DNA from: Ferroglobus placidus DSM 10642
Lineage (GTDB): Archaea; Halobacteriota; Archaeoglobi; Archaeoglobales; Archaeoglobaceae
DNA: 32,000 nt
NCBI RefSeq assembly: GCF_000025505.1
Contig: NC_013849.1
Span: 150,001 to 182,000, forward strand
Direction: 5' to 3'
Shown here: positions 27,365 through 32,000 of the stretch, piece by piece
Position numbering within the stretch: position 1 is the stretch's first letter
Layout of the letters: every line of letters starts with the position of its first letter
The notes under the pieces: generated by a model
What the model was told of the DNA's origin: nothing
Databases searched by the model: none
The model's input: the letters and a program-made list of their open reading frames with translations, nothing else
Made by a program: the position numbers and the translations under genes

Positions 27365-28195
27365 ATGCACATCGATTCTTTTTTCGCCACAGCAAACGCG
27401 TCTATCGAGGAGGCTGACTACGTAATCTTCGGCATTCCCTACGACGCCACACAATCCTTTAAACCGGGTTCGAGATTTGCACCGAATGCGATAAGAGAGG
27501 CAAGCTGGAATCTCGAAAGCTATTCCCTCTTTTTCGATTTTCAGCTCGATTTTGCTAAAATAGCTGACTACGGAAACGTAAACTGCGATGGAAGCTTTGA
27601 GGAAATCTCGGAAAGAGTTTCGAGGCTCATGGAAAACATTAGAGGAATCCCCATCGCTTTGGGAGGAGAGCATACTATTAGCTACATGGTGGCGAGAAAC
27701 CTCAAAGACTTCTGCTACGTCGTTTTGGATGCCCACTTCGACTTAAGAGATGGCTTCGATTCCAATCCATTCAACCACGCCTGCACCTCAAGGAGAATTT
27801 ACGAACTTGCTGGTGAGGTCGTTCAGGTTGGAGTTAGGAGTGGAACTAAGGAGGAGAGGGAGTTCGCGGAAGAGAACGGGATAGAGGTCTTCTACTCATG
27901 GGAAATTATGGAGTACGGAGTTGAAGAAGTTCTCGAGATTCTCGAAGCTTACGATTCAATTTACCTCTCCATCGACGTCGACGTTTTCGATCCCGCCTAC
28001 GCTCCCGGTGTTTCCACTCCAGAACCCTTCGGTTTGAAGCCTATAGATGCTCTAAAAATAATAGACGAAGTTTCGGACAGAGTTGTAGGTTTTGATGTGG
28101 TAGAAGTAATTCCCGACTCAAACAAAATTACCCAAACACTGGCAGCGAAGCTTGTGAATGAATTTATAGCTGCTAACGCCTCGCTAAGGTTCTGA
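27365..28195 (+). CDS. speB: Agmatinase/arginase-family ureohydrolase
   Basis: ALGGEHTISY, DAHFDLRDGFD, HACTSRRI, YLSIDVDVFDPAYAPGVSTPEPFG. Start preferred at ATG 27365, immediately after the IF-5A stop. Confidence 0.93.
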   Translation: MHIDSFFATANASIEEADYVIFGIPYDATQSFKPGSRFAPNAIREASWNLESYSLFFDFQLDFAKIADYGNVNCDGSFEEISERVSRLMENIRGIPIALGGEHTISYMVARNLKDFCYVVLDAHFDLRDGFDSNPFNHACTSRRIYELAGEVVQVGVRSGTKEEREFAEENGIEVFYSWEIMEYGVEEVLEILEAYDSIYLSIDVDVFDPAYAPGVSTPEPFGLKPIDALKIIDEVSDRVVGFDVVEVIPDSNKITQTLAAKLVNEFIAANASLRF

Positions 28196-29360
28196 CGAAT
28201 TCGTAGGACTTTCTTACTTCTTTTAAATTTCTCAGGATTATCGGAACGGCAATAGCGATGTATAAAAAGCTCAGGAATAGTCTCATCTCAACGCTCTGGT
28301 AAACGAATTGAAGCAAAAAGAGGGAAAGTAGAAGCGCCGCTTCGTATAAGTGCAGTCTGAGATCGATTATTATCGCAACTCCGAGCAAAGATTGTGCTGC
28401 TGTGAGAAGAACCTCCTCTCTCTGCCTCGCGTCGAGCGGTAAATCTGACGGATGAGCTAAAGCTATGCTGTAAACTACAGCAAGGCAGCCGATGAGGAGA
28501 GTCCACTGGTTAACCTTCGAAGATACGAGAGCGTTGATTCCGGCTGTGACTCTAAGCTTTCTAACGAGATACATAGCCACGATAAACTCCGGAGATTCGC
28601 TTGCAAGAGGAGCTATCCACTGAACCATCAGAAACTCGTCTATGCCAAAATTTTCAGCTGTTTTTATCAAACCCTCCGCAAAAGCTTCCACGCTTATGAA
28701 AATTATGAGGGCGGCGTACAGCATTAAAATAACTACCGAAACTCTCCTCTTCTTCACTGGAAGTTTGCAAAAGTAAGCTGGAACACCAGCAGGCTCAAAC
28801 TCTTCCCTCGGAGCCTTTAACGCAAGCTTAACGTAAAGAGCGTAAAGAAAAATTAAAACGACGGAGTCTATGAGAGAAATTTCCCCCCTCAAGGGAATTA
28901 GAAAGCAGTAAAGAGAGGCTATTAAAAGCACGAAAAATTCGAGCCTTATTCCTTCGTCCAATTCCACCTCTTTTTTTCTCGTTTTTAGCATTGCAACGAA
29001 AGCAACCAAACTCCAGCCAACACCAAGAAGAAGCCTGTTAGCTCCGGTCATGTTTGCTGCGGCATAATGAATGTAGTCGCCTCCCACCCTCCCAGCCATC
29101 CAAGCGAAGTACATATCCACCGCATATTCTGGCAGAACGGCAAGCAAAGCTACGACCGCCAAGCTTAAAGATCTCGGTACATCCATTTCAGCCGTTTCAG
29201 CAGCCCAAGAAAGGAGAAAAGCTGCACCTACAACAGCCATTCCAGCTATAAAAGCTTCAAAAGGCGGAGAATATTTAATCCCGACAAAAAATGAAATTAG
29301 CCAAGGAAAGGTCGTGAAAACCGCTAAAGCCACAAAAACTTTTTCTTTCAAATAACGCAT
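28173..29360 (-). CDS. Sodium/calcium (CaCA) exchanger family membrane protein
   Basis: Multi-TM; two inverted alpha-repeat-like segments: LLAVLPEYAVDMYFAWMAG and IAPLASESPEFIVAMYLVRKLRVTAGINALVSSKVNQWTLLIG. Confidence 0.85.
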   Translation of the reverse strand: MRYLKEKVFVALAVFTTFPWLISFFVGIKYSPPFEAFIAGMAVVGAAFLLSWAAETAEMDVPRSLSLAVVALLAVLPEYAVDMYFAWMAGRVGGDYIHYAAANMTGANRLLLGVGWSLVAFVAMLKTRKKEVELDEGIRLEFFVLLIASLYCFLIPLRGEISLIDSVVLIFLYALYVKLALKAPREEFEPAGVPAYFCKLPVKKRRVSVVILMLYAALIIFISVEAFAEGLIKTAENFGIDEFLMVQWIAPLASESPEFIVAMYLVRKLRVTAGINALVSSKVNQWTLLIGCLAVVYSIALAHPSDLPLDARQREEVLLTAAQSLLGVAIIIDLRLHLYEAALLLSLFLLQFVYQSVEMRLFLSFLYIAIAVPIILRNLKEVRKSYEFVRTLARR

Positions 29361-29433
29361 GAAATTTGAAGGATACGCTGTCTTTTAAATTTTACCCGAA
29401 CATTTTTATCTTTATTATTCAAAAGCTTTTACC

Positions 29434-30243
29434 GTGAGGAGATACAAATTTCCCAGAGGAATGCGCCCTTCCTTGCTTGAAGAAAGAGAGGAATTCTACA
29501 AGAACGAATTCGATCTTAAACTTTGCGAAGAGTGGCTGAGCTGGAGAGACATAATGAATACAGCTTTTGCTGTTATAGTTGGTAGGCATACGGACATATA
29601 TCCTCCCGAATACGAGAGAGTGAAGAAGAAAGCCTTGATAATAGACGAGCATTCCGGAATGAAAGACGTGCTTGAGTACATTCTCCAGTACCTTCCAGAG
29701 GGGGTTTACTATGACAGAAACGTTTACAAGGACTTGAAGAAATGCGTGAGCTGTCCCAAAGCTTACAAAGACTGCTGGGACTGCGAAAACTTTCTCGGGC
29801 AAGAGCTGGCTTTCGATGTCGATCCGGAAAACATCCCCTGCCCTTACCACGGAACAGTAAAGGAGAAGATGGAAAGGCATCAGGGTTTGAGCTTCTGCAT
29901 GATAGAATTCAGAAAAGCGAGAAAGTACGCTTGGAGAATCTACGAGGACATGAAGGAGGAATTTAAGGAGGTTAGAATGGTCTATTCCGGAAGGGGATTT
30001 CACGTCCACGTAATCGACGAAAAAGCGATGAGAATGAGTAAAAAAGAAAGGGAGGAGCTCGCTAAAGTGTATTCCTCCTACGGCATAGACGAGTGGGTAA
30101 CGAATGGCGAGATGAGGCTTATAAGACTTCCCTACTCGCTGAACGGATTAGTTTCGAGGGTTTGCATTCCGCTAAGCGAAGAAGATAGAAGGTTCGATCC
30201 GAGGTATGACGAACGGGCTATTCCGAAATTTCTTAAAAAATAA
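29434..30243 (+). CDS. Archaeo-eukaryotic primase small subunit (PriS)-like protein
   Basis: CVSCPKAYKDCWDCENFLGQELAFDVDPENIPCPYHG, VRMVYSGRGFHVHVIDEKA, GEMRLIRLPYSLNGLV. Confidence 0.75.
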   Translation: MRRYKFPRGMRPSLLEEREEFYKNEFDLKLCEEWLSWRDIMNTAFAVIVGRHTDIYPPEYERVKKKALIIDEHSGMKDVLEYILQYLPEGVYYDRNVYKDLKKCVSCPKAYKDCWDCENFLGQELAFDVDPENIPCPYHGTVKEKMERHQGLSFCMIEFRKARKYAWRIYEDMKEEFKEVRMVYSGRGFHVHVIDEKAMRMSKKEREELAKVYSSYGIDEWVTNGEMRLIRLPYSLNGLVSRVCIPLSEEDRRFDPRYDERAIPKFLKK

Positions 30244-30248
30244 TTTTG

Positions 30249-30356
30249 TTATTCCTTTTTAGCTTTTTCTTCCTCACCGTAGTAGTAAAGCTTCTTTTTC
30301 TCGGCTTTTTCCTCCTCACCGTAGTAATACATCTTCTTCTTTTCTTCTTCTGCCAT
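30249..30356 (-). CDS. 35-aa two-repeat microprotein (not in ORF track)
   Basis: Manual translation MAEEEKKKMYYYGEEEKAEKKKLYYYGEEEKAKKE*. The two repeats differ mainly at synonymous positions (TAT/TAC, GAG/GAA, GCC/GCT). Confidence 0.65.
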   Translation of the reverse strand: MAEEEKKKMYYYGEEEKAEKKKLYYYGEEEKAKKE

Positions 30357-30495
30357 GAAACTTAGTTTTTCACAAAAGTTTATTACGTTTTCGTTGTATC
30401 TATCGTCCTTGCGGTAACTCCACTCTCAACACGGACTCACGATCGTTATTAGATTGTTCTTTCATGAATTTTCCTTCTTTTTCGAATAATTTACC

Positions 30496-30510
30496 GAAAA
30501 CACTTAAATA
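30496..30510 (+). promoter_or_regulatory. BRE/TATA-like element CGAAAACACTTAAATA
   Basis: CGAAAA immediately followed by CTTAAATA, about 45-50 nt upstream of GTG 30554; approximate coordinates. Confidence 0.5.
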
Positions 30511-30553
30511 GTAAAAATTTTAGAAAATTAAAAATTGCAATTTGGTGGTTAAA

Positions 30554-32000
30554 GTGAAAATCTCAAGAATTTCTGTCTTTTTGGTATTTGCTGTTCTAAC
30601 CCTTAGCAGCGTTGCAAACGCAAAATACGACCCTCCCGGTCCTCCAGCTGTTGAGGTGAGAGTGTGGCTCGTCAACTTCACACCCTTGGAGAACTTCGAC
30701 GACGGAGCTAACGGCAAATCTGACATCCTTTTTGAAGGCTCAGCAGACGTTAAAAAGGGAGGAAAGTCGTACAAGTTATACTTCGAGTACGATTACGATT
30801 CCGTCAGTGGAGCGATCGTTCCAAAAAATAGTAAGGGAAAGGAAGTTATGTACTTGCTCTACAGCGAGAGGGAGTGCTGGCCAGTTAATCTCGAAGTAGA
30901 GGTAAAAGCTACTGATGTGGACAGCCCTCCGATAGACCCCAACGACTTCTTGGGGAGTGCGAAGTTTAAAGTCGACCCCCAGCTGAAAAAGGAACACTAC
31001 AGCATAACAATACCGGGGAAGTTCCTCGTGAACGTTTACGTTGAAGCCGTACCCGTTAGAGATGATGCCGATAAGTGCTCTTACTTCTTCGACCAGCCCG
31101 AAACGATGTCGAGCAGCATCGTGACGAAGAGCGGAACGAACATCTACGACTTTGAGCTTGCTAACATGCTGGACATGTGGATCGGTGAGAAAGGTTACGC
31201 AAATATGCTTGTCGTATTCCAGCAGTGCTTTGGTGGGGGAATGGCTGACGACATTCTCGACAAGCTCGATGGAGATATAGCGATTCTCTCTGCCTCCAAA
31301 CACGACGAACCAGCATACGGGTACAAAAATGCGGAGAGCATGGAGAAACAGAAGACTAACCCCTATACGAGAGAAGTCCTAAAAGGGTTGAAAGAAGATA
31401 AAAAAGCGGAAGATGTCGGTAAAAGTGCGGAAAAGAAAGACGAATTCAGCGCTTATGGAGCTAAGAGGTACTACGAAGGAGCGACTTCCGTCAGGAAAAA
31501 TGTCGAACATCCCCAGTACGTTTCCAAAGGAAAAGGTAACGCCATATCCCTTGGAAAGAGAGCGGATGGGAGTGAAGTTAAGAGTAAGCACGCGATTGTA
31601 TTTGGAGGAAACAACAACAAAATGAGACACTGGAAAAACATAGAGGAGTTCGTTGGACTACTACTCAAAAGCAAAGGATTCTCGGATGAGGACATTGTTG
31701 TTCTGGCTGATTCTGGAAAGAATAGTGGAAAAGCGTACGTTGACGGTCCCGGAACGAAGCAGGCTTTGTGGAACGCTATAAAAGATTTATCTGCTAAAAT
31801 GAACAAGGATGAGCAGCTCGTGATCTACGTGACAGATCACGGAAACCTCGAAACTGCGGATAAAGCTGTGAGGAAAGTTATAAACGATCCCGTAAGGCAG
31901 CCGATTCCTCCGAGAAATAACGAGCTGAAGGATGGAGCGCTCTGGCTTCTCAACGAAAGCTTTCTCAATCTGCTAAACATTACTGACGACAACGATCCTT
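30554..32000 (+). CDS. Secreted C13/caspase-like protein with N-terminal C2-like beta domain; 3' end beyond window
   Basis: GTG start, signal peptide MKISRISVFLVFAVLTLSSVANA; open to the window edge with no stop. Motifs YDFELANMLDMWIGEKGYANMLVVFQQCFGGGMADD...DIAILSASKHDEPAYG and HAIVFGGNNNKMRHWKNIEEFVGLLLKSKGFSDEDIVVLADS...QALWNAIKDLSAKMNKDEQLVIYVTDHGN. Confidence 0.8.
   Translation, partial: MKISRISVFLVFAVLTLSSVANAKYDPPGPPAVEVRVWLVNFTPLENFDDGANGKSDILFEGSADVKKGGKSYKLYFEYDYDSVSGAIVPKNSKGKEVMYLLYSERECWPVNLEVEVKATDVDSPPIDPNDFLGSAKFKVDPQLKKEHYSITIPGKFLVNVYVEAVPVRDDADKCSYFFDQPETMSSSIVTKSGTNIYDFELANMLDMWIGEKGYANMLVVFQQCFGGGMADDILDKLDGDIAILSASKHDEPAYGYKNAESMEKQKTNPYTREVLKGLKEDKKAEDVGKSAEKKDEFSAYGAKRYYEGATSVRKNVEHPQYVSKGKGNAISLGKRADGSEVKSKHAIVFGGNNNKMRHWKNIEEFVGLLLKSKGFSDEDIVVLADSGKNSGKAYVDGPGTKQALWNAIKDLSAKMNKDEQLVIYVTDHGNLETADKAVRKVINDPVRQPIPPRNNELKDGALWLLNESFLNLLNITDDNDP

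Noticed and set aside
27299-27736. 145-aa minus-strand ORF
   Set aside because: Antisense to the IF-5A end and agmatinase start; no motif support.
29419-30009. 196-aa minus-strand ORF
   Set aside because: Antisense to the PriS-like gene, which contains family motifs.
30776-31303. 175-aa minus-strand ORF in the track
   Set aside because: It lies antisense to the signal-peptide-bearing C13-like frame and has no recognisable motifs; the opposite strand explains the region.
31471-31806. 111-aa minus-strand ORF in the track
   Set aside because: Antisense to the same C13-like coding sequence, which has coherent motifs (IVVLADS, TDHG).
1-32000. CRISPR arrays, rRNA and tRNA genes
   Set aside because: No regular repeat-spacer pattern, rRNA-like sequence or convincing cloverleaf was seen by eye; a tRNAscan-SE or Infernal run would be decisive.

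Overview
The window looks archaeal. Evidence: BRE/TATA-like promoters, an aIF-5A, a PriS-like primase protein, a SufC/SufB-like pair, VapBC and AmmeMemoRadiSam-type genes. The gene set suggests Archaeoglobales, but that is an inference. Most of the 32 kb is dense housekeeping: YchF-type GTPase, HD phosphohydrolase, SerS, SufC/SufB, RpiA, SurE, AmrS-like radical SAM, ArgG, IF-5A plus agmatinase, and a Ca2+/cation exchanger. Accessory material includes an IS1-like element with a split transposase, a large TSP3-repeat lipoprotein, and a zinc-ribbon tyrosine recombinase. The most notable items are: (1) a 3'-truncated secreted protein from 30554 to the window edge, missing from the ORF track, with legumain/caspase-like (C13) motifs in swapped order (QCFGGG before TDHG); (2) a 35-aa microprotein made of two tandem KKK(M/L)YYYGEEEKA units; (3) four ATTAC boxes at an exact 11-bp period in the divergent promoter between a winged-helix regulator and the TSP3-repeat lipoprotein; (4) a 614-aa fusion of zinc ribbon, GNAT and ABC ATPase, divergent from an ASCH-domain gene; (5) a primase small-subunit-like protein with an altered distal catalytic motif; (6) a 39-aa rubredoxin-like protein near a ferritin-like protein. 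No CRISPR array, rRNA or convincing tRNA was seen by eye.
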